DNA from: an uncultured virus (IMG/VR IMGVR_UViG_3300025789_000001)
Lineage: Duplodnaviria > Heunggongvirae > Uroviricota > Caudoviricetes
DNA length: 64,000 nt
Virus record (IMG/VR): IMGVR_UViG_3300025789_000001
Strand: one strand, 5' to 3'
Part shown: piece by piece, positions 9,401 to 23,100 of the stretch
Numbering within the stretch: the first letter of the stretch is position 1
How the letters are laid out: every line of letters starts with the position of its first letter
The notes under the pieces: model-generated
The model's input: the letters and a program-made list of their open reading frames with translations, nothing else
The model's database searches: none
Told to the model about the DNA's origin: nothing
Made by a program: the position numbers and the translations under genes

Positions 9401-11425
9401 ATGAGTCTACCCCTAATAGCTAAACATTTAGAATCACATGGTCGTGGTGATGACACTCATTTAGTCCATATGACCACTGGTGAGCTAAATGCCATGCAAA
9501 ATCTGGCTAAAAGTAAGGGTGGCTCATTAACCATTAACCCATCTACGGGTTTACCCGAAGCAGGATTTTTAAGTTCTATTTTGCCTATGGCTATTGGTGC
9601 GGCTACAGCTGCATTTGCGCCTGAATTATTGCCACTTGTAGCAGGTGGAGTAGGTATTGCCGATTATGCCTTAACAGGCAGTCTCACCCAAGGTTTAATG
9701 GCTGGTTTAGGTGCTTGGGGAGGTGGTAATTTGGCTGGTGGTCTTGAGGCCGCTGGCACTCAATCATTAACACAAGCGGGTGGTGATGTAGGAAATGCTG
9801 CCTTTAATGCTTCACAATCTGAAATTGCAAGTCAATTCCCAACCGCAACTACAGAAAGTGTAAATCAAGTTGCTGCCCAACAAGCTCTTACGCCAAGTAA
9901 TTTCCCTAATTTATCTCCAGATCAATTAAGTCAAATGCAAGGCTCAGTATTAAATGCTGCAAACCCATCAAGCATAGTTAATGCGGCAGGACAAGCCAAC
10001 GCTTCACTAGCAAGCAATGTAGTTAATCCAACATTTGCCCAAAATTTATCTAATATGGGATCAGGTTTAAGTAGCATAGGATCTGTAATCTCAGCAAATC
10101 CTGGGGCTACTGCAGCAGTTGCTGCTCCGCTTTTAACTGGTATGTTGAATAAACAAAGGACAGCGGTCCCATCAGCTTCATCTACGGCTACAGATAATGC
10201 TAATCCTATGGGATTAAGAACTATTCCAAGAAATCCTGATGGCACCCCTAACTTTGCTGCATCTAATCCAACCGTACCAAACCCACATTACCAAGCTTCG
10301 TTTCCAAATTACACACAAGTTCCATATAACCCAATGACTGGCACACCAGCCGTACAGTCTCCAGGAGCAACTATTTATGCTGCTGGTGGTGGTCTAATGG
10401 ATATTCCTAAATATTCTGGAGCAGATTACGGAAGTATGGTTACTGGTGCAAATGAATTACAGCAAGGAATTGCTTCTGCCACAATGCCTACACAACTTTC
10501 TGAATCCCAGCTTCAACAAATTGCTGCTGGTCAAGACAGTTCTAAAAATGGTGTGTATCAATTGAGTGATACTGAATATGCCAAAATGTCCCCAACCGCA
10601 TTGATGAAAGCTCATAAGATTGCCGTAGCAAAAGGTCTGCAGCCTATTGGTCAACTTGGTGATTTTGAAACAACCACCGCTGCACAACAGGCGGCAGAGG
10701 CTGCAGCACAGCAAGATATTGCAGACAATTCAAAAAAGACTTCCGCTAAAGAAGGTGGTTTAATGGCTATGGCTGATGGTGGTTCACCCATATATCACCC
10801 ACAATACCAAGATTATCGTCAGAATCCATACCAAGCAACTGCCATGAGCCCATCACAGTTGCAGGCAGCTATGGCTCAATATAACTCTCACATTCCTACT
10901 GCTGGAGGTGGTTTATCTACCATTAGTCAAGGCCAACCAATTGGTCAAAGTGCAGGCTCATATACTGGGACTGGTCCTGCTAGTACACAAACGGCTGGAT
11001 ATGCTATCGATCCATTGCAAATGCAAGGATCTCCAGCTTACAACGCACAACAAGCTCAACAAGCACTATTGGATCAAATAGCACAAGCTGCCTTACCTTC
11101 TTTTGGAATGGCTTCTGGCGGTGTAGCTGATGGCGGTATAAAAGATGGTCATTTAGGTTCTTATTCTGATGGTGGACGTTTACTTAAAGGTCCTGGTGAT
11201 GGAGTAAGCGATGGCATTCCAGCTACGATTGGTGGCAAACAACCAGCAAGGTTAGCTGATGGTGAGTTTGTCATCCCAGCAAGAATAGTATCTGAACTGG
11301 GTAACGGATCCACAGATGCAGGCGCAAAAAGACTATATGCCATGATGGATAGAATTAAAGCAGCAAGAGTTAAAACTAAAGACATTGCAAAAGATACAAA
11401 GGCTTATAAGTACCTACCAGCATGA
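9401..11425 (+). CDS. Internal virion / DNA ejection protein
   Basis: GRGDDTHLVHM...TINPSTGLPEA N-terminus, hydrophobic G/A-rich segment, GPGDGVSDGIPA...LADGEFVIPA C-terminus. Confidence 0.7.
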   Translation: MSLPLIAKHLESHGRGDDTHLVHMTTGELNAMQNLAKSKGGSLTINPSTGLPEAGFLSSILPMAIGAATAAFAPELLPLVAGGVGIADYALTGSLTQGLMAGLGAWGGGNLAGGLEAAGTQSLTQAGGDVGNAAFNASQSEIASQFPTATTESVNQVAAQQALTPSNFPNLSPDQLSQMQGSVLNAANPSSIVNAAGQANASLASNVVNPTFAQNLSNMGSGLSSIGSVISANPGATAAVAAPLLTGMLNKQRTAVPSASSTATDNANPMGLRTIPRNPDGTPNFAASNPTVPNPHYQASFPNYTQVPYNPMTGTPAVQSPGATIYAAGGGLMDIPKYSGADYGSMVTGANELQQGIASATMPTQLSESQLQQIAAGQDSSKNGVYQLSDTEYAKMSPTALMKAHKIAVAKGLQPIGQLGDFETTTAAQQAAEAAAQQDIADNSKKTSAKEGGLMAMADGGSPIYHPQYQDYRQNPYQATAMSPSQLQAAMAQYNSHIPTAGGGLSTISQGQPIGQSAGSYTGTGPASTQTAGYAIDPLQMQGSPAYNAQQAQQALLDQIAQAALPSFGMASGGVADGGIKDGHLGSYSDGGRLLKGPGDGVSDGIPATIGGKQPARLADGEFVIPARIVSELGNGSTDAGAKRLYAMMDRIKAARVKTKDIAKDTKAYKYLPA

Positions 11426-11871
11426 TTATCTACGAAGATGTTGATGGATTTAAGTTTGTTGATGAGTTTGAAAGACTCTTCCCAGAGCATTATGAAGAGT
11501 TATGTGTAACAAAAGAATTTCCATATGAGCCAGATTATGAGGCTTATAAAAGATGTGCAGCAGCTGGAATGTTGCGTTGTATTACTTGTAGGAATGATGC
11601 AGAGCTAATTGGCTACATTATATTTTTTGTAAGTCCACACTTACATTACAAGTCATGTATTACGGCAACAGAAGATTTATATTTTGTGAAAAAAGAATTT
11701 CGCAAAGGTAGGGTAGGAATTAAATTATTTCAATATGCTGAAAAGGTATTGAAAGATAGAGGAGTACAACGGATTGTGATGCACACTAAAGTGCATTTAG
11801 ACAATACCAAGTTATTTGAGTATTTAGGATATAAACAGACGGACAAAGTATTTTCAAAGATATTAGGATAA
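11422..11871 (+). CDS. GNAT-family acetyltransferase
   Basis: LYFVKKEFRKGRVGIKL acetyl-CoA motif A and LFEYLGY. Confidence 0.8.
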   Translation: MIIYEDVDGFKFVDEFERLFPEHYEELCVTKEFPYEPDYEAYKRCAAAGMLRCITCRNDAELIGYIIFFVSPHLHYKSCITATEDLYFVKKEFRKGRVGIKLFQYAEKVLKDRGVQRIVMHTKVHLDNTKLFEYLGYKQTDKVFSKILG

Positions 11872-11873
11872 AT

Positions 11874-14144
11874 ATGTATTATTCAAAACGCCAACTATAT
11901 GCTTTAGGTGAACCCCTAGGGGAATCTGTTACTCAGCGTAAAGCTGGCGGTGGAATGATTTATGGTGGCGGTGGATCTGCTCCAGCCCCATCAGGACCCA
12001 CTAATACAACAGTAACAAATACCAATATTCCTGACTATGCACAGCCATATGTTACGAATATGCTCAATGCTGCACAGGCTCAAATTTATAACCCATCAAT
12101 GACTGGGTTTAATGCTTATGTTCCTTATAGCCAAAATCCTTCTGACTATGTAGCTGGCTTTAGTCCACTGCAACAACAAGCCCAATCTACTGCAGCTAAT
12201 ATGCAAGTTCCAGGTCAGTATGGTGCTGCCTCTAATCAAACAATGCAAGACATTAATCAGTTTGGACGTTTAGGCAGACAGATGGGTCAAGCGGGCAATC
12301 AATATAACCAAGCAGCAACTAATGGTTCTATTGGTGCGTATATGAACCCTTATATTCAACAATCTTTAGCTCCACAGCTCCAGTTGCTAGGACAACAGAC
12401 TGGCATTCAAAGTGCTGCTGAACAAGCGGCTGCAACTTCTAGAGGTGCTTTTGGTGGATCTCGTGAAGCTTTAGCTAACTCTTTAGCACAACAAAACGGC
12501 CAACTGGCTGCTCAACAAGCTATTGCACAAGGCTATAACACTGCATTTGGTAATGCACAACAAGCCCAACAGTTTGGGGCTAACCTAGGGTTACAAGGTC
12601 AGCAAGCTCAAGCAGGGGCTCTTGCTTCTCAAATGGGTGGTGCTAATCAATTGGCGGGTATCGGTGGTCAACAGTTAGCTGCACAGCAAGGTATTGCTAA
12701 TATGCAAAACCAATATGGTGCACAGCAACAGGGTCAGCAACAACAAATTATTAATCAAGCTGTTCAAAACTACGCTACAGCACAGCAGTATCCCTATATG
12801 CAATTGGGTCAGCTCAATGCGATGCTCCGTGGTTTACCAATGCAACAGTCCTCAACATCTATGTACCAAGCGGCTCCAAATGCGGCTACGCAAGCAGCTG
12901 GTTTAGGAATTGCGGGTCTGGGCGCAGCAGGTATGTATAACGCTGCTACAAAAGTAGCCAAAGGCGGTAAAGTAAAAGCTATGGCTATGGGCGGTTCAGC
13001 CGTGCCTATGAATATGATGAGCGACCAACAATTAAACCAAGTTCAACAAAACCCAGCATCTAGTCCAATGGCAAAGATTAATGCTCAAGGACTAGAGCAG
13101 ATGCATGGTTACATCAAGAATAATCCACAAGCGGGTGCTATGTTATCACAGCCTTTGCCACAACAAACGGCTCAGGCTCCAATGGATCGTAATGGTGTAG
13201 GAGCTATTGCTACTCCTCCTAATATGACCCAGATGGCTGGTGGTGGAATTATTGCTTTTGCCGAAGGTGACGAAGTCAAAAGTAACGAAATTCCCCGTGG
13301 TAAAAAAGGTGAGTTAGATTTAGCTTCTATTTTGGCTGATCGTTTATCAGAAAAAAAGTCTGGTAAAGGCACTGTATCTGAGGCCATTAAGCCTTACATG
13401 GAAGAGCAAAAATCAGCATTAGCACAACAAAGATCATTGTTAATTCCTGAGTTTTTGACCCATTTAGGCGTAGGTATGGCGCAGGCTAAACCAGGTCAAC
13501 CAGGAAGTGGATTTAACCAGTTTGCTACTGCATTGGGCTCTTCTGCTGAGAACGCATTAAATAAATCTGCTCAAAGAATGGGCGATATTTCTGCCTTACA
13601 AAAAGCTACTGGACAGTCTGGATTGGAAGCCGCTAAAGCAGACCAAGCCCGCAGAGATGCTCTTACACAAACTATGGCACAAGTATATGGCACACAAGAA
13701 GCTAAGAAAATTGGCCTTGCTCAAGCTGCTGCTACCCGCCAAGCTGGTATTGATGCCAAGATGGCTGCTCTGTCTGCTGCTGCCCGTGAGAAGTATTCTA
13801 AGACGGTTGGGGATGCTTATAGAGCCATTGTCCAAAACAATAAGAATACCTTTAACTTTGATGCTAATTCTCCAGATGTTTGGAATCAGGCCAGATTGGA
13901 AGCATGGAACAATATGGCTCCAGATGAAAGAACATTGGTTGGTTTAGCTAAACCAGATGTCCAAGCTGCTCCAGTTGTTCCAGCACCCGCAGGATCTGCT
14001 GCCCCAGCTGCTGCATCAGCCCCTGTAAATGTGACTGTAGCGGGTAAGACTATTTCTTTCCCAACACAAGCACAAGCAAACGCATTCATAGCTTCACCAC
14101 AATATAAAGCATTAGCAGGGCAGGCAGCACCTATAACACCGTAG
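11874..14144 (+). CDS. Internal virion / DNA ejection (pilot-like) protein
   Basis: Q/A/G-rich; VAGFSPLQQQA, YMNPYIQQ, GAFGGSRE motifs; position in the ejectosome block. Confidence 0.7.
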   Translation: MYYSKRQLYALGEPLGESVTQRKAGGGMIYGGGGSAPAPSGPTNTTVTNTNIPDYAQPYVTNMLNAAQAQIYNPSMTGFNAYVPYSQNPSDYVAGFSPLQQQAQSTAANMQVPGQYGAASNQTMQDINQFGRLGRQMGQAGNQYNQAATNGSIGAYMNPYIQQSLAPQLQLLGQQTGIQSAAEQAAATSRGAFGGSREALANSLAQQNGQLAAQQAIAQGYNTAFGNAQQAQQFGANLGLQGQQAQAGALASQMGGANQLAGIGGQQLAAQQGIANMQNQYGAQQQGQQQQIINQAVQNYATAQQYPYMQLGQLNAMLRGLPMQQSSTSMYQAAPNAATQAAGLGIAGLGAAGMYNAATKVAKGGKVKAMAMGGSAVPMNMMSDQQLNQVQQNPASSPMAKINAQGLEQMHGYIKNNPQAGAMLSQPLPQQTAQAPMDRNGVGAIATPPNMTQMAGGGIIAFAEGDEVKSNEIPRGKKGELDLASILADRLSEKKSGKGTVSEAIKPYMEEQKSALAQQRSLLIPEFLTHLGVGMAQAKPGQPGSGFNQFATALGSSAENALNKSAQRMGDISALQKATGQSGLEAAKADQARRDALTQTMAQVYGTQEAKKIGLAQAAATRQAGIDAKMAALSAAAREKYSKTVGDAYRAIVQNNKNTFNFDANSPDVWNQARLEAWNNMAPDERTLVGLAKPDVQAAPVVPAPAGSAAPAAASAPVNVTVAGKTISFPTQAQANAFIASPQYKALAGQAAPITP

Positions 14145-14174
14145 TAAAATAGCAGTACTCAAGGATAAAATTTG

Positions 14175-17100
14175 ATGGATGATCTGCAAAAACTGGCATC
14201 GCAGTACGGTGGAACCGTGGTTCCAGAACAAGCTCCTGCAGAGAAAACAGAAGACCTATCAAAATTAGTTGAGCAATTTGGTGGCACAGTAGTTCCTTAT
14301 ACCCCAGTTACAGCCTTAAAGGATGTAGGTAAAGAAGCCGCTGCTGGTGCTCTCCCAGGTATTTACGGAACTCCTGAGGCTCTTCAAACTGGCCTCATGC
14401 AATCCCAAAGAAGCACATTTAACCTTCCAACAGAAGCTTTAAATGTTATTGCTAATCCAGAAAAACTAATCAATGCCATTCCTACTAGCTTAGGTTTGCC
14501 TCCAATCTTTGCTGGTAAAGAAGCTAAGACTGAATTAATTCCAACTAAGCCAGCCGAACTTGCATTAGATGAAGTCATTGCTAGAGGTAAGTCAAAGACT
14601 TTGCGTGAGCTTACTGAAGCTGGTATTAAAAAAGCTTCTCAGATTCGCAGCACTGAATCTGGAGAAATGCAAAAGGCTTTAGAAGACTTTCAACCCACTT
14701 TAGATTTGGCTAAGGTTGCCAAAGGCGATTTATCTGGTATCAGTTTTGGTAAAAACCCTACCGCCTTAGGAGTAGCTGGTCAGTTTGCCCAAGTGTTTGG
14801 ATCTTCTTTCCCTGCGATGGTAGCTACGGTAGCTACAAAGAATCCAATTTACATGACATCGATGGGCTTTGGTCAGGGTGCTAGTGAAGCCACAGGTAAC
14901 GCCATACAGTATATCGATGGCATGAATGACCAAAAGCTGGCAGAAAACAGTCCATACTTTAAAGACTTATTAGCCCGTGGCTACGAACCTAAGTTGGCTA
15001 GGGCGATGACTAAAGAGAAGGCGGTTGACCTTGCTGGAACATTTGAAGGCATAACTGATACTCTGGGTGGTGCATTTACAGGTAACTTATTAGCAGGCCG
15101 TTTTGATAAAGCCTTGCTGTCCTCTGCTAAGAATCGTGCTGCCAGAATCATTTCTCAGATGGGCAAAGGTGTTTTAGCCGAATCCACAGAACAAGGTTTA
15201 AATGAAGTAGCCGATGGCATTGCCAGTGACTTAGGTATTGACAAGACAGTTCGTAAAGAAATCGGTACAGATGCGTTTGCTAACTTTGTTTATGGTGCAT
15301 TAGGTGGCGCTCCTGGCGGTGCATTCTCTGGTGCTAGAGCCAAAGCAGAACCTATTGTTGCTCCACAAGCCCCACAAGCTCCGCAAGCTCCAAATGCGCC
15401 ACAAGCTGCTGCACCAGTAGCCTCAACAGCCCCTGTAGTTCCAGAGGCAGTACAAAAGGGTTTAGTGTCTCCAGAAGATTTAGAAGAGCCTGTTGCTCCC
15501 AAAGCTCCATCTGTTGCTCCAGAGGCAACACCACAGGAAATTGAGCCAGAACTTCATGCTCGTGCTTCAATGAAGCTTGAAGATCTTGTAAATCAAGCTG
15601 ATCAAACAGGAAATATTAATGTTAAAGAGTTAAATAAATTAGCTCGTGATTTGGATATTAAACCAAGCAAAGATGTGCAAGAAACAACAATGGCAATCTT
15701 TGAAAAGTTAAATCCAAGACCCGTGGAAGAAGAGGTTGCTCCATATGATCCTCAAGAATTAGTACAAAAGGCACAACAGGATTTCAAGGGCGTAGTTACT
15801 ACAAACAATGAACAAACAGCAGAATCTATTCGTAGAAATATAGGCGAAGATGCTGCTAATATTTATTTAAATGAATTAAATCGTTTAAGCGAGCAGGCTT
15901 TAGAAAAGAAGTTAGAAGAAAAAAATAAAGCACAGGAAGAAGCACCAGTACCTAAAGCCGAAGAAAAAGCTGCGGAAGCTGCGCCTGAAGAAGTATCTGA
16001 ACAAGCCCCTGAACCAGCTGAAGAAAAGACACAAGCTCAAATAAACCAAGAGCGCCAAGAGAAACAAAAAGCAGAAGCACAGCTAAAGGCTCCTGAAGAT
16101 CCAGATGCCATGATTAAACGGCAAGAGGGTTACGAAGAAGCTAAAGCAAAATACGCTGATGACATCGATCCACGCCTTGCATTTTCAGCATTAAAGTCTG
16201 CTGGAAAAGATGTTGAAATGAATCCAGAAGCCCTTCCAGAACTTAAAAAGCTGGAAGAAATGGGACTGATTCAACTTAAAACTGGTAAAAGAAAATCTTT
16301 CTATCGTGGCAAAGGTGCAGACGAAGCTGGATTAAATAGCGAATCTACCTATCAAGAATTAGTTAATTACTTACGTCCCAAAGAAAAGGTTGAGCTTTCT
16401 GCAGAAGCAAAAGCCAAACAGGACTTAGAAGATGCATTAGCAGACCTCGCATGGTTGGCAAGTAAAGATACTCGTATGAATATGATGCCAGAGGACGAAC
16501 AACGTCTTCTGCCTATCCTTACCCGTTTAATGGATGCTGCTTTCCGTCTGGGCTATCACAAGTTCAAGGCGGCAGCCAAGTTTGTCAGGGACACAATCCG
16601 TGAGAAGTTTGGTAAAGAAGCAGCAGACAAGATTAACCTTAATCACTTACAGGGTGCTTATATTGGAATGTCTGGTAACTATCCAGATCAAGCGACCCCA
16701 ATTGCTGAAGTAGCTGGTGTTCAGAAATTAGAAGAGCTAGAAGAAGAAGCTCCTAAAGCTGAAGTTAAGGTTGACTTAGCTACACCAGATGGCAAGTTCA
16801 AGATTGCAGAAGCTATTTCCCAGCATTTTCTATATGGCAACAGCTTTGGGACTATCGTAGAAGCCCGTAAGTTTATTTCTGATATGACTGGCCAGAAGAT
16901 TGAAGCTGGTACACAGGCTGCTAAACAGGCTGATGAAGCGGTAGAGGTAGGTGTAGTTCTTGCTGCACAGAAGATTGCCCATAAAGATCGCAAGCCAGCA
17001 GAAATCTATCAAGGGTTGGTTAATTTATACAATCAGCAACCCAATCTGGCTGTTCGGTCTTCGACCAGTGTTCGTGAGCAGGCTTACTCTACCCCAGCTC

Positions 17101-20100
17101 CATTGGCTTACATTGCATCACAACTAGCTGGCATTACTGATAAGACAACCGTGTACGAACCAACAGCTGGTAACGGTATGTTGTTGCTGGCAGCCAATCC
17201 TAAAAATGTAATTGCCAATGAATTAAACAGCACACGCTATGAAATGCTCAAAAAGGTGCTTCCAGGTGCAAAAGTATCTAATGAAAATGCAGTTCTTAAA
17301 TCCATAAATCCTGTCGATGTAGTCATTGCCAACCCTCCTTTTGGTTCTATTGGCGAAGAATTTCATGTTTACGGAAAAACCACTAGAGAAATAGATCATG
17401 CTATTTCATACAAAGCTTTAAATGATATGCCAGCTAATGGCAGAGCCGTATTGATCTTAGGCGGTGTTCGTGCTGAAGGCGAAGATGCAAGGCGTGAAGG
17501 ATATCGTCAAAAAGCAAAACGAGAGTTTTATTACAACCTCTACAAAGATTACAACGTAGTTGACCATTTCTCCGTAGCTGGGGATATGTACAGTAAACAG
17601 GGAGCTTCTTACCCTGTAGATGTCATTGTTATTGATGGAAAAGGTCAGTCACAAAGAGCCTTACCAGCTGCGGAACTCCCACAGCAAATTACTACATACG
17701 AAGAACTCAAGGAGAAGTTAAATGAACCTAGCGTGGTATCCAGAGAAAATGTCGTGCCCACCAGAGCTGACATCGGTGAACGTCCCACAGGGGAACCTAA
17801 ACCAGAAGCAGTGGGTGAACGCACTGGCAGACCGAGTGGTGAGCCTAGTGTTCAAGGAGCAAAACCCGCAGAAGGCGGCAGACGAGGCGTGTCTGAGAAT
17901 GAGCCTAGCAAACGTGGAGCACCCGAACCAACTGGGGCAGGCGTTAGTGCAGGACAACCTGGATTTGCTAACGAACCTGAACGTGGCAGCAATCGAGGAC
18001 CCGTTCCCAGCGAAGGTGGAGAAAAGCGACCCAGTGGCAGAGAAGGCGCTGCAAGAAACGAGCCTAGCCCAGTGGGTGGCCCTAGCGTTGTCTCAGGTAC
18101 ACGAGTCGAGTCTGGATTAGCAGACCGCAGAGGCCAAGAGACTGAAACAGGACATCAAGTAGGATACGAGCCACATTCACAAGCAGCTTCTGTTGGAACA
18201 TTAGTTCCTAAAGCGATGGCTCAATCAATTGATGAATCAATCTCTAAGGTAGAGGACGAAGTAGGTAATGTTGATGAATATGTGGCAGAAGCCTTGCACA
18301 TGGATCCTGAGACCCTTAAAGAGAAGTTTTCAGCTGAGCAAGTTGATGCTTTAACATTAGCCATTCGTAATGCCGAGGCTGGTAAAGGATTTATTATTGG
18401 TGACCAAACAGGTATTGGTAAAGGTCGTGTTGTGGCTGCGATGATTAAGTATGCTATCGAAAACGACAAAGTGCCTATCTTTGTTACTGAAAAGCCAAAC
18501 CTTTACTCCGATATGATCCGTGATATGGATGATATCGGCATGACCAAAGAACTTGGATTAGACACTGCCAAGCCAAGAATTTTAATTACCAACTCTAGTG
18601 AAGCTATTCCTTATACCTTATACCGCAAAGTTGGTAATGAGGTAACAGAAAATCATCTTACGTTAAGAGCTCCAAAGTCTGGCAAAGCTTTAGATGACAT
18701 ATTAAAGGCTATGCGAGAAAAAGAAAGCCTTGGCGATTACAAGGTAATCTTTACAACTTATAGCCAGCTGCAAAGTGTTAAGGGTAAAGAAACAGAACGT
18801 CAACGCTTTATCAAAGAGTTTGGCCTTGGCAATTACATGATCTTTGACGAAAGTCATAATGCTGGCGGTGCTGGTGAAACTCAAGCCCGTAGCAAAGAAC
18901 AGCGGGCTAACGAATCTGAAGGCAAGAGCTTGGCTACTGGCCGTGCTGCTTTTGTTCGTGACTTGGTTGATAACGCTTACGGCACATTCTTCTCTTCTGC
19001 TACTTATGCTAAACGCCCAGATGTGATGGATTTATATTCCAGCACAGACATGAAGTTAGCAGTCAATAACATCAATGAACTGGCTGATGCAATTAAGCTA
19101 GGTGGCATTCCAATGCAACAGATCGTTGCCAATATGTTGACTAAGGTGGGTCAATATATTCGCAGAGAAAGAACTTTTGCTGGTGTTACTTATCAGACAC
19201 AAGAGACTAAAGTAGATAAGCAGACGGCTGAAAACATGGCTACCTCTATGCGGGACATTCTGGCTTTCTCCCGTGCTAAAGAAGGGGCTGTTAAAGATCT
19301 ACAAAAGTCATTAGATCAGACTGGTGGTAGAGCCAGCATGGAAGGCGAGAAGACCCAGGTTCAACAGGCTAACTTTGGTTCAGTCATGCACAACTTGATT
19401 GACCAAATGTTGTTGTCTTTGAAAGCCCAAGATTCTGTCAAACACGCCATAGAAAGCCTTAAAAATGGCGAGAAGGTTGTATTGACTGTTTCCAATACGA
19501 TGGGCTCATTCTTGCAAAGTTATGCCGATGAGATGGGAATCAATGTTGGAGATCCAGTAAATCTGTCGTTCAAAGACTTATACCTAAAGTATCTTGAAAA
19601 ACAGCGGATGCTTACCATCAAGACTCCACAGGGCAAACAACAGTATCGTCTGACTGATGAAGACCTGGGCCCAGTCATGGTAGCTCAATATAAAAAGATT
19701 CAAGAGTTTATTGAGAATGCTGGCTTCGGTTCTGCTCCAATATCCCCAATCGACTATATGCACAATGAGCTGCGTAAAGCTGGATACAAGACAGAAGAGA
19801 TCACTGGTCGTACTTCAACTTTGAACTATGAAAGCGGCATTCCAATCCTGACATCTCGTTCTGCCAATATCAAGCAGCGGGTTAATGCAGTTGATGCATT
19901 TAATACTGGAAAAGCCGATGTCATTATTTTGAACCAAGCTGGATCTACTGGCTTGTCCTTACACGCCTCTAGCAAATTCAAAGATCAACGCAAACGCCAT
20001 ATGATCATTGTTCAACCAGAAAAGAACATTGATACCCATATGCAAATGCTAGGCCGTGTTCATAGAACAGGTCAAGTGGTAGCCCCAGCTTACTCTCAGA

Positions 20101-23100
20101 TGATGGCTGATATTCCAGCTGAGATGCGCCCAGCTGCGGTCTTGCTCAAAAAGATGGCATCTTTAAATGCGAATACAACAGCTTCTCGTAAGTCTGCTGT
20201 GACAGCCGAAGGAGCCGTAGACTTTATGAATGACTACGGTGGCCAGATTGCTCAAGAGTATCTACGGGATAACCCTGAGGTTCATGAAGCCCTTGGTGGT
20301 AAACGGGTAGTTGATCTGATTGAAGATCCAACCGATGCCAAAGAAGATGATATTCGTAGACTGACTGGCTACATTCCTATGTTGCCAATTAAAGAACAAG
20401 AAGAGATCTACAAAGACTTGATTGATCGCTATAACGATTTAGTAGATCGTGAAAATAGCATGGGAACTAACAAGCTTGAAGCTAAAGCTGCTGACCTAGA
20501 TGCTGAGACTTTGTCTTCCCAGCCGATTACTGAAGACAAAGGTGAGCAATCTTTGTTTGCCCAGCCAGCTTATATGGAAAAGGTCGATGTCAAGCGGACA
20601 GTTAAACCTTATTCTTCCCAAGAGGTAAATGAAAAGATTGCTGAGCGTGTTGGCAGCAATATGTCAGAAGACCGTTATAGAATCACCAATGAATTACTGA
20701 ATGGTGTTAAAGAACGAGCAGCTGAATACGGGCAAGCTCAACTGGCAGCTTTGCAAGAAAAGGGTGCAGACCAAGTCAAGATTGATACTTATAAAGGTCA
20801 ATTAAACCTTCAGTATCAGCATATTAAGTCTATTTTAGGAAACTATCCAATTGGTACACCAATCTCTATTAAGAACAATCAGGGCATATTTGTCTATGGT
20901 GTTGTAACCGATTTAGAGAATAAAAAGAAGACAGCCAATCCTGTTGCGGGCTCTGACTGGAAGATGCATATTGCTTTGGCTAACGGTGATGCTAAAGCTA
21001 TTACGATTAACTTCTCCCAGATTGGTAGCACATACCAGTTAAATAAAGAAGACTATATCAACTGGTATAACCCAGAAACTCAAAAAGCAGAGATGATCCG
21101 TCTCATAGATCTATTTGATAAAGGATCTAATGTCAGACGTGAGAAACGCTGGATGGTGACAGGTAACATTTTGGCTGGTTTTGCTTCTGATGCGGTTAAG
21201 AATCAAGGACAGATTATGTCCTACACCAAATCTGATGGCACGACTGGTCAAGGTATTCTCATGCCACGCACCTATGACTTTGAGAAAGCTCAAAGAGAAG
21301 CCCCTATTCGTATTACCAATGCTGATAATGCTATGCGGTTTATGAATGAAGTCAATGGCGTAGTGACTTCTGGTGACAATGTATTACGCATATCTAAGCA
21401 TGGCAACCAGTATCAGTTTAATGTCCCCAGCTCCAAAAAAGAGGGTGGCACATTCTTCTTAGATCCTGGACTATTAAAGTTTACTGGTGACTTCTACAAG
21501 TCTGGCAATACCATGTACACACGAGTCTACGATGAGTCCAAGGCTAAAGCAGCCATCGATTACATCCTCAATGACCGTGGAGATACCCTGATTGCCTCTA
21601 GCCCTAAAGACAAAGCTAGAGAGATGTTTGCTCCACCAAAAGCAACGGTTACTCCAAGCGTTATTATTCCTAAGGAAATGAAGGAGCGTATTGCTCGGAT
21701 TCATGAGAATAAAGTAAAAGAACACGCAGAAGCTAGACGTGGAATCACTGCTGAAAAACGCAAAATTATTAAAGGCGAAATTGGTATTGATGTTCAGCGG
21801 AGATTGACTGAACTTGAGCAACTGGCCAAAGAGCTATCTGAAGATAAGAAGTTAACTGCAGAGCGTAAAGATTCTCCAGAGCGTTTCATGGCTAAGGCTT
21901 TAGATGAATATGATAAAGGTAACATCAGTAAAGATGTCCTAGATGTCATTAAATACATTTATAACAATACGCCTGCCCTGCTTAGCGGTTTGAAAATGTC
22001 TGTCAAATCCTTTAAAGATAAGCAAGGATTTACTGCAGCTGGTCTGTTTGATGCTGCCGATAGATTAATTACCCTGTATAAAACGACAGGTGCTGTCAAT
22101 GCTGGCACTATTCGCCATGAGCTCATGCACACATTAGAGCAGATGATGGATCCGCAGACCCAGCAAAATCTCATTGAAGCATGGAGAGCTAGTTTAGAAA
22201 AGGCTATTAAGAAGAACACCGATACCAAATCGCAAGATTATTTCAAGGCTATCCTTGACTATGTTGATAGGCCTTCAGAGGAGAACTTTGCTCATGCTAT
22301 GAGAATCCTGCCTTCTCAGGATATGTATCAATACATTAATCCTTCTGAGTTCTGGGCGGTCAATGCTGAGAAGCTGATGGCTGCTAAGCTAGGAACTCCT
22401 TGGCATCGCTTTACTATGGCTATCAAACAAGTCATGGAAGCTTTGAAAAAGCTCTTTGGCTTTGATAATACTTATACCATTTACAAGACCTTTAATGATT
22501 TAATCAAAGGTGAAACACCAAGAGACCATAAGAAGATGCTGGTTGACTTCATCGGCTCTGGTAAATATAAAACAGAGTTCTTGTTTAGCGTTGAAAAGAC
22601 CGATGAGCTATTGGCGAAACATGAGCGTAATGATGCCCCTATCCACCTTTCTAACACCGTAGTAGATCGATTGCTGGGTGGATATCAGGATGCTAAGAAT
22701 ACCGTAGCCAAGATGAAGGAGTCACCCCGCATGGCTGTCAATAACATGGTTGGTAACGTAGACCGTGCTCTGCTGACTACCCGTGTCAATATGACTGACT
22801 TTACAGCTGGCTTGACTGCAGCTGATGCAGATCGCTATGGTCGTATGCTAGAAGATGGCGAAGGCCGTGCTATTGCCTCTGTAGCGATGAACCAGGCTCT
22901 GAAGGCTGCCCGTATTGGTACGCAAGTCATTATGCTGGGTAAACTGTATTTTGATCCTAATCTGCAGATGTATCGTGCCGTCAAAGATAAGTTCTCGATG
23001 GCCAACATCCTGACTATCAAACATCAATTAGAAAAACAGATTGGTGTGCAACGGGCTGCGAATGTCATTCAGGCTTACTTTGAAGCTAAGCGTTCTAAGA

